This document shows positions 49,318 to 60,819 of a stretch of 64,000 nucleotides of DNA, piece by piece (position 1 is the stretch's first letter; every line of letters starts with the position of its first letter). The position numbers and the translations under genes were made by a program. Origin of the DNA: Neodothiora populina (taxonomy: Eukaryota); NCBI RefSeq assembly GCF_041146345.1, contig NW_027191419.1, positions 186,001-250,000 of the forward strand. Direction: 5' to 3'. Under the pieces are notes generated by a model. That model ran no database searches. It was given only the letters and a program-made list of their open reading frames with translations, and was not told where the DNA came from.

Positions 49318-52216
49318 TCAACATCCACCGCCTGGGAGGTTGCGTTAGTGTATTGCAAAGCACAACATAGGCACAACGTGGGACGGATTGACTTACCTCC
49401 GCAGCCGCCGCCACCACCACCACCACCACCGCAACCACCACCTCCACCTCCACCTCCACATCCTCCGCCTGAGGACGATCCACCGACCCCGCCGTCACCC
49501 CCTCCGCATGCTGCAAAGTTAGCAGCAGCGCATGCAGAGCCGCCAGCTGCAATATTGCCTCCGCAAGTTCCTTTGCAGCAATTACCTGCGGCGCCTGCTC
49601 CCAGTGCGATGCATCCCGGGTTGGCAGGATACATGCATGAGTTGTAGTAACTCATACCATAAAAAGGCATCATGGCAGGGAGGTAGACTGGATAACCCCA
49701 TGCATCGCTGTAGTAAAAATCTTCGCGCCTAGGCCTCTCGCGTCTTTTCTTATCCGCTCTCCTGCAGGACTTTCTAAAGTGTTCATCGAGCTCGCGCTCC
49801 TTCGCCCTTGCGTAGTCCGTGGTTTTTTGACTCTGATCTGCTACCCTTACAGCATTGTGAGCCGAGATATGCACAGACTTGTTAGGATCTCTGCTTTCTC
49901 CACGGATAGAGTCCGAGATTGTGGCCGAAGAGGTTCGGAAGAGTCGAGATTTCACAGAGGTGTGCGATTCGCGGATGGCTTCGCAATACCAGCAAGTACA
50001 TTCGCTGTAGGGCTCGTTGTACATGTCCTGGTAAGTCCTGCTCGTCCAGGCGAAGGCATCAGAGAGTTTTGTTTCGGAGACCTTGTCATCATGGTCGATC
50101 AACTGACTTGTCCACCTGATAGTGTAGTTCATATAAGCCGATGGGTGGAGTTGATGAGTATGCCAGGCCAGGTCGACATCGAGGGTGGGAACAGCCATGT
50201 TCTTCTTGTCTCTCATGATGTACACGAAACGAGTATATTTAACAATCAGACGGCCCATCGTGGCCGGCAGGGCAGGAGAATGCAGCCAATCGATTTTGTG
50301 CATCTTCTCGACGAAAGCTCCTTGTCTGATTACTGCACCAACAAGATCGAGCGCGAAGGGGGACCAGTTATCCCAATACCTTGACATCATTCGACGGATT
50401 GCGATACGCTCTTCCTGTGACGGCCGACAGCGTATAATCGCTGTCTTTTTCCAGTCTCTATTGCCCTCATGCACAGCTTGTTCGACTTGTGCCCGTATGC
50501 TGTCCATGGTGAGATCCTGGCCTGCAGCGAATTTATCAAGAAGTTGCTGTCCCCATCCGGATCTTATGAGCCTGTCAGGATAGCTTGTTGCGGAGAGTTT
50601 TTTGTCAAGGTAATCCGTTAACTTGTTTGGTGTCTTCCCTATGGTAGTCGTTTCTGGGAGGCCCTCTTGATTCAGGAAAGTGCCACGCATGATGACGTCC
50701 TTATGGATGAGGAGTCGAACATCCTCCAGAAATTTACCCGCCGACAACACATCGTGATTGAAAGATTGCTTACAACCTTGACACACTGTAACGAACCCTT
50801 TGTCGCCATAACCGGTGCCTCTAGCAAAAAGCAGCGATGCGTCAGACGGAGCCCACACTGCATTTATAGATTCTGAGTCAGTACAAGTAGTCCAGGGGAT
50901 CCGGTTAGCGTGTTGACACCCTGGACACAGGACATGCGCATCCGCTGGGTCATCAATATTGTTCCAATTGATGCCAACGCGAGCCTCGAACGCCTTGGGT
51001 ATGCTGACTTCCGGCTGGTAGGCGAAATCCCCGTTCGTTATGGACTTCGCAACGGCATCCCAAGGCATGGGGGAGTGCCATAGTGGCAGTCGCCCCTGAC
51101 GGTTACAGTCTTCGTAGTATGCTCTTGGGTTGAGCATATAAGAGTGCCAGACCATCAGAATATCTGCCACGTCAGCTCGTGAGACAGCAAAAGCGCATCA
51201 GTAGCCTTACCGATTGGGGGCAGGTTGCCAGCATGAACGACAGGTGCCATCCCTTCACTCCATCCTTTCGCAAGTACATTGTCAATATGAGCCCAGCTCA
51301 TCTCAGCTCTGTGAAGGTACTCTCCGGGTGGATCCAAGGAATTTATCCAACGGTCGAACCGAGAGACAGCTCTGGAGACATATATCTGCCATCGCTTCTC
51401 TGAGATGACAGCTCGGATATTGGCTATCTCTGTTATACCATGCGGCTTTATCGTCGACGGGCGCTGCGCTGGTGCTGCGTACGCACCCTCCGGATCCGGT
51501 ATCCCGAAGAGGCCATTTGCGGATCCGATGGATTGTCTGAGACGATAGAAGCATTCGAGAAGCTTCAGGTGTGCTATACACTCATCAGGAAGAGGTGTTG
51601 TCTGGTTCCTATCGGGATTTGATTTTGGATTCACGAAGCCGGTAAGACGAGGTGTTACTTCGGGTTTATTATCGTTGAGATCTAAGTTTGCGAAACCAGC
51701 CGTCAGATTGGCTGGTTGGATAGCAGCAACAGCAGGAGCAGCAGCTTCTTCGTCGTCATCGACTTCTACACCCAGCACATGTTTGGTGTACGGAGGGGGA
51801 GGTGCTTCCTCCCCTGCGGAAGTAGAGCTTGGCTGAGATATTGCTTCCTGCGCGCGAAACCACAATTCTGTTAGTTCTCTCTCTGCTGAGTTAGACCACG
51901 ACTCAGAAGAGTCTTCCTCTATCGCTTCAGGCCTGGAATGCAGTGCTTCTTTCTCATTAGAAGTGGACATTGGTTGAAGTACCTCTTTCTCATTCGGGCT
52001 GGCTGCTGTTCGAAGTGCCTCCGCCTCAGTTGAGCTGGACGCTGCGTGAGGAGCCTCTTTCTCGGTTGAGCTGGATGTTGGTTGAAGTGCCCTTTCTTCA
52101 GTTGAGCTAGACGCTGACTGAGATGCCTCTTCGTTCGGTGGAGTAGATGTCGGCTGCGGAACTTGCATTGACTTAGGCCTGCCGGAGCGAGACCACAGTC
52201 TGGACAGCGAAGGCAT
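49318..52216 (-). CDS. Glycine-rich domain-containing protein (DUF1399/GRDP-like), 3 exons
   Basis: Motifs CIAHLKLL, EKRWQIYVSRAVSRF, LPPI|DILMVWHSYMLNP, VIRQGAFVEKM, VPTLDVDLAWHTHQL, DHDD and CTCWYCE. The Gly/Cys-rich tail ends GGGC* after intron 49396-49332. Confidence 0.9.
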
Positions 52217-53850
52217 TTTCGCGTCCGTGTCGTGGACTAGTTTGTTGAAGTCGAACAATAATTATCTGATCGCAAAATACACTGAGCACGTTTGATAATG
52301 GCTTATGATAGGCCCTGGGTGGAGACTTATTTATATACTATATGAGTCTCGATATGGTTGCCTTAATATATCCCATCTGCCTCGGTCATGGCCGCCTTGA
52401 TCTCCTATCGCTACCTTTAGCTTGATAAGATCGCTGTCGAATACTCCTTTGGAGGACATGGCGTACAGAACCAGTCAACGTCCGCCTGTTTTTGTGAAAG
52501 ATAGTGGAGCTGATAAGAGGCTGTATGAATGCCTGACACTAACCAATCAGGTCGGTGTGCGCCTTGTAGGATTCGTTTTGCTCTCCCCATACCTTTGACT
52601 TTTATGTCATGTGGGCATGTGACTTCCATAAGCGTGGAGATCCCTCCGCAGCGCAGCATCCACAGTGCTTCCATGATGCTTCTAGCGCGGTATTCAGCTG
52701 CCTTTATCCGGCCGTTGTGCGCATATTCGGTGCACGCCAAAGTCGAGTCATTGCCAAAACGGACAAAGCCTGTTGCGCTGGACTTGCATTTGGTCAGAAG
52801 ACAGTGTAGTGGCTTGGAGGGCTCAGTCCCAGGTGGATACTGTACTTGTACCTTTTCAGTGAGAACTCGTATTCCTAGCAGCTCCGCCAACTTGACACTG
52901 CTCGCGTATGCTACCGCTACCGTCGTCACTACCTCAGGTAAGGCAATGTATGCGAACCCACTGTTAAGGCCTGCTCCGACGGCTCGAGGCTTGTTCAAAA
53001 CGGGGACAGGCGGGAATGAGGAAGAGATCCGTGCGATCGAAAAACAAGGCGACAATCACCTCTCTCTCGAAACTCTCTTACATGATCATATATCACCCAT
53101 CCCCCCGAACACTAACCCAAAAACACAAAGTTGGTTTTTCTCTTTCGTCGCTCCGTCGTGCAAAAAAGCATGGCGGCACTCTGAGTTCGACCAGGCTGGA
53201 ACTCGGCTCGATCATCCGATTGCCTTGCGCAATACCGTAGTGTCTAATTTGACAAGTTCTGCGAAGTACCGAGAGCGGGTAAGTTTAGCTCTTAATATGC
53301 GACAGCATGAAACACGCCTCCACCGCTTGGTCAGTCTGGAGCGCAGGAACATCACACACATCGACGTTCGGCTATCTGTTTTGATCCGTTCAACTCGAGT
53401 GATTCGAGTCGGTTTTCAGAGTGTTGTTTGAGCAATCGACCGGAGGGGAGCGCGATGTGAGCCGGTCAACTGTCTCTTCATGGGAAAGTCGCTTGATTCC
53501 AGCTTACGCGTGCCATGGGAAGAGCACGGTCTGGACGTGATGTGATACCTGGAGTCGAAATTGAAGAAACGCCCGACATCGTATACCTCCTGACTGGGGT
53601 TTATAAAGTGCTTTCATATAGTGGGACGAAGCGGGAGCTCGCGCTTCGGCTTCAGATATAGAATGACTGTTTTAAGAGCTTCATCGCTCCAGATCCATAT
53701 ATAAGAAGGCCGAGTACTCTTTCAATCTGTATTCTTTCCAAAAGTATCCACTTCAGAAGACTGGTTTCTTCGTCCATTCTTTCTTTGTTTATCGGGTTTT
53801 TTACACCACATTCTTTTTTATATTCGTAAAATCTTGCATCCCCTATCACA

Positions 53851-56004
53851 ATGCGATACTCGTCGCTTCTTCTGTCGTTGGGCACCTCGATGGTTGCTGC
53901 AGCTGGTCTCAGTGAATCATCGTTGGAATCTCACGCCAACGCTCTTGCGCTGGACTTCAGCTTCGATCCTATCAAGGAAGCCTACTGGACTGGCCTGCCT
54001 CACCACCGCAGAACGCCTTTCGCTGTTTCCCCCGATGGCAGCAGCGCTTACTTGGCATACCTTGATGCTAGCGGTACCGATGTCCACGTCCAAAAGCTTG
54101 ACCCCAAGACTTTCAAGGCTAGCGGAACCGCTGTGACCGTCACTGGGGGAAAGGAAGCCGGTGGTCTTGTTGCCCACAACGATGGTTTCGCTCTTCTGAC
54201 CAACGTCGGTCTCCCCAGCGGAACCGCCAGTGCACCCCCGGATGGCACTCCCGTGCCTGTCATTTACAAGTACACCAACGGTCAACAAGACTGGAAGACC
54301 TTCGTCGGTGGTCCCGGAGTCCACGCCAGTGCCGGTCTTGCCGCCTCCCCTGATTTGAACGGTGACCTTGTCTACTCCGAGAAGTCCGGTCTCTACGGTG
54401 CTTACTTCGTCGTCACTGACTACGAAGGTGATGCCGCTGGTCACTTTGGTGACTCGGTCGAATACGTCAACGACAAGGGTGAACTCCAGGACATTCCCGA
54501 GGCCAGCGCTTGGGGCTGCTCTCACAACACCGGTATCGCTTTCGAGGCTGCTGACGCTGTTCCTTTCGCCAGTATCTGTGCCGAGGACCAAGGTGCAATC
54601 TGGTTGAACACCAAGACCCGCGGTATGGACGCCTCCGGTGTCAAAATCTCCAATGAGAACACCACCAACGGAGCCAGCGGTGAGCCTATGGGAGGCATGA
54701 GTGGTTCCTACAGTGGTCTCGCTCGTTTCCAGAACTCCGACTCGTACATCTTCGCCTGGGTCTCCCGCGGTGCCGTCGATGTGTCCGAGAACTCGTGGAT
54801 GGGTGCCGGCTACACTCACGTCAACAACCGAACGAACGGCCGTAACGTCGCCATCGCCACCTTCTCTGACAAGAACACTCTCGATGGCGAGCAGGCCACC
54901 TCCAAGGTCGGTTCCGCTGACGGCGACTCTCAGATCAACTGGGTCACCAAGACCACCGGCGATGCCTCTAATGCCCACGTTGCCACTTTCGACGGCACCA
55001 ACGCTCTCGTCACCTGGGAGGAGATTGACAACCCTCAGTGTGACTTCATCGCCATGGGCTGCGCCGGTGGGTTCTCTGGATCTTACTACCAGCTCGTCAG
55101 CAACGGAAAGGTCGTCGGTGAGCCCGTCAAATCAATGGACACATACGTCGCTGGTGACATGGTCACCATGGGTGATGGCAGAATTTGCTGGCCTTACGTC
55201 AACATGACCTGGAGCCTCAGCGGACCTGCCAACTCTTACGGTGGCTCTTCTGGCAGCAGCACCACCAAGGAGATGAGCTTCGCTTGCATGAGCAATGGTG
55301 GCGCCGCCGCCCCCGCCAGCAGCGCCGCCCCTGCCTCTTCCTCTGTTGCCGCCAGCTCCGCTGTCGCCGCCGCCTCATCCACCTTTGGCCCCGTCGCCAA
55401 GCAGGCAACTATCTCTCCCTCTCCCTCTGTTGTCTCCAGCTCTTCGGTCGCCGCTCCTGTCTACTCCAGCGTCGCACCCACCACCTTCGCCACCCAGATC
55501 AAGCCTGCTTCGGTTGTCGGTAACGCCGCTCCTTCCGGAGGGTTCGCTGCTGCTTCTGGAGGATTTGCTGCTCCTTCTGGAGGCTACGCTGCTCCTTCTG
55601 GCTTCGCTTTCCCCTCTGGCTTCGCCGCTCCCTCCGGTGTTGCTGCCCCCTCCGGATTCGCTCTCCCCAGCGGATTCGGCAGCTGGCCTGCAGGAGAATA
55701 CCGCCCCCACCACCCCCACGGAGCCGACAACATGAAGCCCTGGGGCGGCAAGGCAGCCTTTGCCTCGCCCAGCGGTGGATACACCATGCCCGCGGGATTC
55801 GCCTTCCCCTCCGAGGGCGGTAATAACTTCTCCGCCGCCGCTCCCCAGCCCACCGCTGGCGCTGACGCCGCGTCGTCCGAGCACCACGGTAACACTGCCG
55901 GCCACGCCCCTCACCACGGCAACACCGGCCACGCTCCCCACCACGGACACACTGGCCACAAGGCCACCGGTGTCTCTGGCGTTGCCGCCCCTACCGCCGC
56001 TTAG
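53851..56004 (+). CDS. Secreted uncharacterised protein (717 aa): globular N-terminal domain, Ser/Ala linker, FAxPSG and His-rich repeats
   Basis: Intronless ORF with a signal peptide and strong C-ending codon bias. A TATATAA box lies at ~53697. Confidence 0.9.
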   Translation: MRYSSLLLSLGTSMVAAAGLSESSLESHANALALDFSFDPIKEAYWTGLPHHRRTPFAVSPDGSSAYLAYLDASGTDVHVQKLDPKTFKASGTAVTVTGGKEAGGLVAHNDGFALLTNVGLPSGTASAPPDGTPVPVIYKYTNGQQDWKTFVGGPGVHASAGLAASPDLNGDLVYSEKSGLYGAYFVVTDYEGDAAGHFGDSVEYVNDKGELQDIPEASAWGCSHNTGIAFEAADAVPFASICAEDQGAIWLNTKTRGMDASGVKISNENTTNGASGEPMGGMSGSYSGLARFQNSDSYIFAWVSRGAVDVSENSWMGAGYTHVNNRTNGRNVAIATFSDKNTLDGEQATSKVGSADGDSQINWVTKTTGDASNAHVATFDGTNALVTWEEIDNPQCDFIAMGCAGGFSGSYYQLVSNGKVVGEPVKSMDTYVAGDMVTMGDGRICWPYVNMTWSLSGPANSYGGSSGSSTTKEMSFACMSNGGAAAPASSAAPASSSVAASSAVAAASSTFGPVAKQATISPSPSVVSSSSVAAPVYSSVAPTTFATQIKPASVVGNAAPSGGFAAASGGFAAPSGGYAAPSGFAFPSGFAAPSGVAAPSGFALPSGFGSWPAGEYRPHHPHGADNMKPWGGKAAFASPSGGYTMPAGFAFPSEGGNNFSAAAPQPTAGADAASSEHHGNTAGHAPHHGNTGHAPHHGHTGHKATGVSGVAAPTAA

Positions 56005-56687
56005 AGTGTAGGTTGAGGTGTCTATATACCGGTCTCTTGTCTGCTTCTAGTGAGCAACTTGTACATTCTGCTCTGAAGTGATGGATCTCTTTTGTGGAAA
56101 ACACAGGATGCAGCGAGAGACGATCAGAAAAGGTGTGTATCCCATTCTCCTCAATTGTATTTCCTGGCTTAGATTTAGTCAAATTTTCAGAAAGAAAAGC
56201 GATCAAGCCTCAAATACATCTTATTCTCTTTCTTGTTATTCAATTTCTTTTCCCATGTGTCTTTTTCGCCTACAGTCCGTTGTTTATTATTGGTTGAAAG
56301 AGAGAAAAAAGCACTCATTGTCCGGAAACGTAATGTACGAAAGCACATGACAGTACATAGAACAGGAAACAATGTAAATTCACATGAGATTCCGATGGAA
56401 ATGTTTTTGCTTAAGAAGGAGATTGCGTGAAGTGTTTTCGCATGATGTTTGAGGAGAAGGAGTATAGTATAAAGGAAAACCCTCGTCTGAAGTACACCTA
56501 CACACCTACGCAGAGAGAGATAAGATTTACATCTATACTTCCACGTATCTCTTTTGAAGTTTACCCTGTATTCATCGACAACCACCTGCGTTTTCTGGTA
56601 TATATATCTTAACAGTTATCCATACTTCTTACAATTGATAGGGGCCGGTCATGCGTGGGAGAGGTGAGACGGAATTGGGAAAGGCGC

Positions 56688-57354
56688 TTATGAGGCACCA
56701 AGGCCGCTGTTGGGTTCCTCGGCGGCGCTCTTTTCCGATTCGTTCACGGTACGCTGAGGTCTGCTAAGAGCCTCGAAAGAGCCTGCGTGCAGAGAAGTGG
56801 TGTTAGAGGTGAGCCAAGTAATGGCGCATCCGATGGGCAGTGAGAGCGGAGTGCTGCTTACGTTGTACGAGGTTCAATCGGGTCTGCTGCTGGCCATCTT
56901 GTCCTTGGAACGTGTCCATGCGAGCCTCTGCCTCGACATGGAGGAGCGTGCTATAAAGGAAGAATTAACTGGTCAGGTGATCTGATCCGTGCTGCTGCAT
57001 CCCCTCCATATATCTCCATTCGGGAAGCAGAACTCACCCTTTCGGCAGTCCCAGAAGAAGATCTCTACTCGGTCCCTCATTGAAGCTGGCAATTCTGAAC
57101 CAAGAAGTCTGTCTGTTTCCATTCTCGTCTCTCGCACCGGTGCTGACGCCCACCGAGTATCTGATCATCTGACGGCCGGTAGAAGTCTCATTGAGCTCGG
57201 GAGAGTCTGCGAGACGACCGATGAGTTGCATGCGAGCAAGGAGAGACGGTCTGGTGGTGCTAAATGCGCGGGCGGTTGCGTTGAGTGAGCTGGCGGTGCG
57301 AAGACCGAGTCTGGAAGGTGCGAACATTGCGACAGTGGCAGAGGATGGACGCAT
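56688..57354 (-). CDS. RIM1: Mitochondrial single-stranded DNA-binding protein Rim1, 3 exons
   Basis: Presequence ..ARAFSTTRPSLLA, then OB-fold ARMQLIGRLADSPE..TSWFRIASF..LPKG|TLLHVEAEARMD..LNLVQ|RSFEAL. Canonical introns. Confidence 0.92.
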
Positions 57355-57803
57355 CTGGATTCTCTGCGGTGAGACAAGATCGACGGATTGGCCTCTGATG
57401 GTATATCGATGGATGTGGTGATTGCTGGACAGATAGATTGGTTGGTGTGGAGAGTTAATCGTCAGCTACAAGTACAACTATCGGGAGCTCCTGACACGCA
57501 AACGCGACGGGTTGACGCGATGAATTCCGGTGTTTAGCCGTAAATGACGTTCTTCCCCAATCAAGCTGAGGTTATCTAAGGTAGCGAGGGTAGGTGCGCA
57601 GAGTAGAGCAACATTGCGGTATACGAAGCAAGTACGCTGTTGCATGAGGTGGAGGAGTTGCCCAGAACATCAAGAAGATCTCCCATGAAGTAACACTTCC
57701 ATATTGGGAGTGCACTGGCAGATGAGTGAGATCTGAGTACCAAGTCGATAGCGAAAAAGGGAAGACATGCAGTTCAGGTTGAATCTCTAGACATAATCAC
57801 AAC

Positions 57804-60800
57804 ATGGCTCTAGAACCATCCAACAGCTATGTCGCCCCGAGCAATCTGCAGGATGGATATGACACATCTCTGCCTATATTTGACGTGCAAAGAGTCCAGT
57901 TGCGCTTTGACATATCATCTGATTTTGTTGCCGCAGCGGTAGCGAACAATGTGCTCATCCTTGCTCTGTCTACTGGTCGCATACTGCGCTTTGATCTAGA
58001 CAATGCCGAAGACATAGATGGTGAGAAACCCGGGTGAAAGACTTTTTATTGATGCTATATACTAAGTATCATTCGCTAGACATTGATCTTCCCAAGAAGC
58101 CTTCGGAGATAGGTGTCATCCGTAGATTGTTCCTCGATCCATCCGCCTCGCATTTGATCATCGCTACTACCTCCGGCGAGAACTATTACTTGCACACCCA
58201 ATCACGCCAGCCAAAGGCACTTGCGCGTTTGAAGGGTGTGCAGATTGAGTCCGTCGCATGGAACCCTTCTCAGCCCACGGCCTCCACGCGCGAGATACTA
58301 ATCGGTGCGACGGACGGCAACATTCACGAAGCTTACATCGAGCCCAGCACCGAGTTCTATCGTCGCGAGGAGAAATATGTCAAGAATGTCTACAATGTCT
58401 CCGATGGCGCCGTCGTGGGTCTTTGGGTCGATACCGTCGCCGGTCGAGCAGACATGAGAAGAATCGTGGTAGCAACGCCGAACAGAATACTACACTTCCT
58501 CGGCAAAAGCGGCAGGACCGGCCACGAAGGAAGTGGCTCGATTTATGCGCGTTTCTTTGAACATGAAGGGCCCAGTATCCACGAAGATCCTAAGGCTCCT
58601 TACTCTGGTCACTCCAGCCTGGTCATCTCCCCGGAGGCAATTGATCTGGCGCCGTCTGATCCCGAGCAACCCAGGACCTTTGCGTGGTTGTGTGCCCAAG
58701 GTGTCTATCATGGATCGCTGTCTTCCCAGAATGGTGAAGGATCACCTTTCACAGAAGCAAAAGTCCTCCCTAGAGATGCTATTCCATCTCCACAAGCTGC
58801 CGGCGGTCGTAGGAGAACCACTCAGGACCCCATCACTTCGATAGCTCTAACTCAGTTCCACATTTTGAAGCTGGTAGATGGTCGTGTCCTTGCTTTCAAT
58901 CAGCTTGACGGTAATCTTGTTTACGACCAGGCTGTGCTCGAGCCCGGCCTGACGACTATTGGCCTCTATGCCGACGCCAAAAAGAATACATACTGGTTAT
59001 TCACTCAGCGAGAGATATTCGAGGTTGTCGTGACAGATGAGAGCCGTGATGTATGGAAGATCATGCTCAAGAACCAGCAGTTCGAAGCTGCCTCACGATA
59101 TGCCAAGACGGCCGCCCAAAAGGATGCCGTGGCTACAGCTTCGGGTGATCACTCGGTATCTCGTGGTCGCTTCTCCGAAGCTGCTGCAGTCTATGGTCGC
59201 AGCACCAAGGCCTTCGAGGAGGTTGCTCTCACTTTCATCGACAGATCGGAACATGATGCCCTGCGGAAATACCTACTTACCAAATTGTCAACGCTCAAGA
59301 AGTCGGCGACGATGCAGAGGATCATGGTGGCCAGTTGGCTTGTAGAACTTTACATGGCCAAGCTCAATATCCTCGATGACACAATCTCTGCCAAAGCAGA
59401 ACTATCCGAGAGCGCGCCGATAGCCTCCGTCAAGGAAGATCTTCCCACGATACGACGAGAGTTCCAAGAGTTCATCAACAAACACAAGTCAGATCTCGAT
59501 CGGAGAATCACTTACGATCTCATTAGCAGCCATGGTCGCGAGGAGGAGCTGCTGTACTATGCTAACACAGTCAACGATTACAACTACGTTCTGTCATACT
59601 GGGTACAAAGGGAGCGATGGCAAGAGGCAATGACTGTGCTGAAGAAACAGACCAATTCGGAGATCTTCTATCAGTACAGCAGCGTCCTCATGGTCCACGT
59701 ACCGGTAGACTTGGTGGACATAATGATGCGACAGAGCACGCTCGAGGCGCAGAAGCTGATACCCGCTTTATTGAACTACAACAGAACTGCCGATGTCCCA
59801 TTGAGCCAGGTGTGTAAATCTCCATCTCTTTCCCTGTATGTCCAGTACACTAATCGTAAAACCAGAACCAAGCCGTCCGATACCTCCAATACTGCATCAA
59901 CCACCGCCACTCGACATCCCCCGCCGTCCACAACACCCTGATCTCAATCTACGCCTCGGCTCCGTCTGCAGACGAGACACCCCTGTATAGCTACTTAACC
60001 ACGCAATCCGCCTCGCACGACCAATTCTACGACGCAGACTTCGCGCTGCGTCTCTGCATCCAGCACCAAAGAGTGCAATCATGCGTGCACATCTACGTCG
60101 CCATGTCACAGTACGCCTCAGCGGTAGAAATGGCGCTAAAGCACGACAAGATCGACCTCGCGGCGTCGGTAGCAGACAGCGCGACGAACGACCCAACGCT
60201 ACGCAAGAAACTCTGGCTCAAAGTCGCCAAAAGCGTGATCCAGCAAAACCAATCGTCGATAAAATCCGCCATGGACTTCCTCAAGCGCTGCGAGCTACTG
60301 CGCATCGAAGACCTGATCCCCTTCTTCCCGGACTTCGTCGTCATCGACGACTTCAAAGAAGAAATCTGCACCGCGCTCGAGGAATACTCGCGGCAGATCG
60401 ACGACCTCAAGCGCGAAATGGATGACTCGGCCTCCACGGCCACGCACATCAAAAAGGACATTCGCATGCTGAACTCGCGCTACGTCATCGTCGAACCCGG
60501 CGAGAAATGCTGGAAGTGCAGACTGCCGCTGCTGTCGCGGCAGTTTTTTGTTTTTCCGAGCTGTCAGCATGGCTTTCACGTCGATTGTCTCGGCGAGGTC
60601 GTGCTGCGCTCTGTGGGCGTGGGCAAAGGGAAGAGGATCAGAGAATTGCGGAATGAGATCGGCAGGGCAGTGGTTGGAGGCGCTAAGAAGGATGCATTGG
60701 GCAGGGAGTTTGATGGGTTGGTCGCGGGTGCTTGTGTGCTTTGCTCCGAGATGGCGGTCAAGAGGATCGATGAGCCGTTTGTCACTGCTGCTGATAACAA

Positions 60801-60819
60801 GGATGAGTGGGCACTTTGA
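57804..60819 (+). CDS. VPS18: Vacuolar protein sorting Vps18/Pep3 (DigA), CORVET/HOPS subunit, 3 exons
   Basis: Motifs RRLFLDPSASHL, IESVAWN, TQFH, FEEVALTF and LRIEDLIPFFPDFVVIDDFKEEIC, with a C-terminal RING CWKC..CQHGFHVDC..CVLC. Introns ~58021-58079 and ~59810-59865. Confidence 0.97.

Noticed and set aside
52417..53431. Overlapping 212-aa (-) and 300-aa (+) ORFs between the GRDP and secreted-protein genes
   Set aside because: No domain-like motifs or codon bias, and they lie in a divergent promoter region; likely spurious, though expression data could overturn this.
10502..60819. Apparent enrichment of endomembrane genes (palH, MVP1, BAR, Vps62-like, VPS18, LAG1) as a functional cluster
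   Set aside because: They are interspersed with unrelated genes over 50 kb and belong to a large functional category; no evidence of clustering beyond chance.
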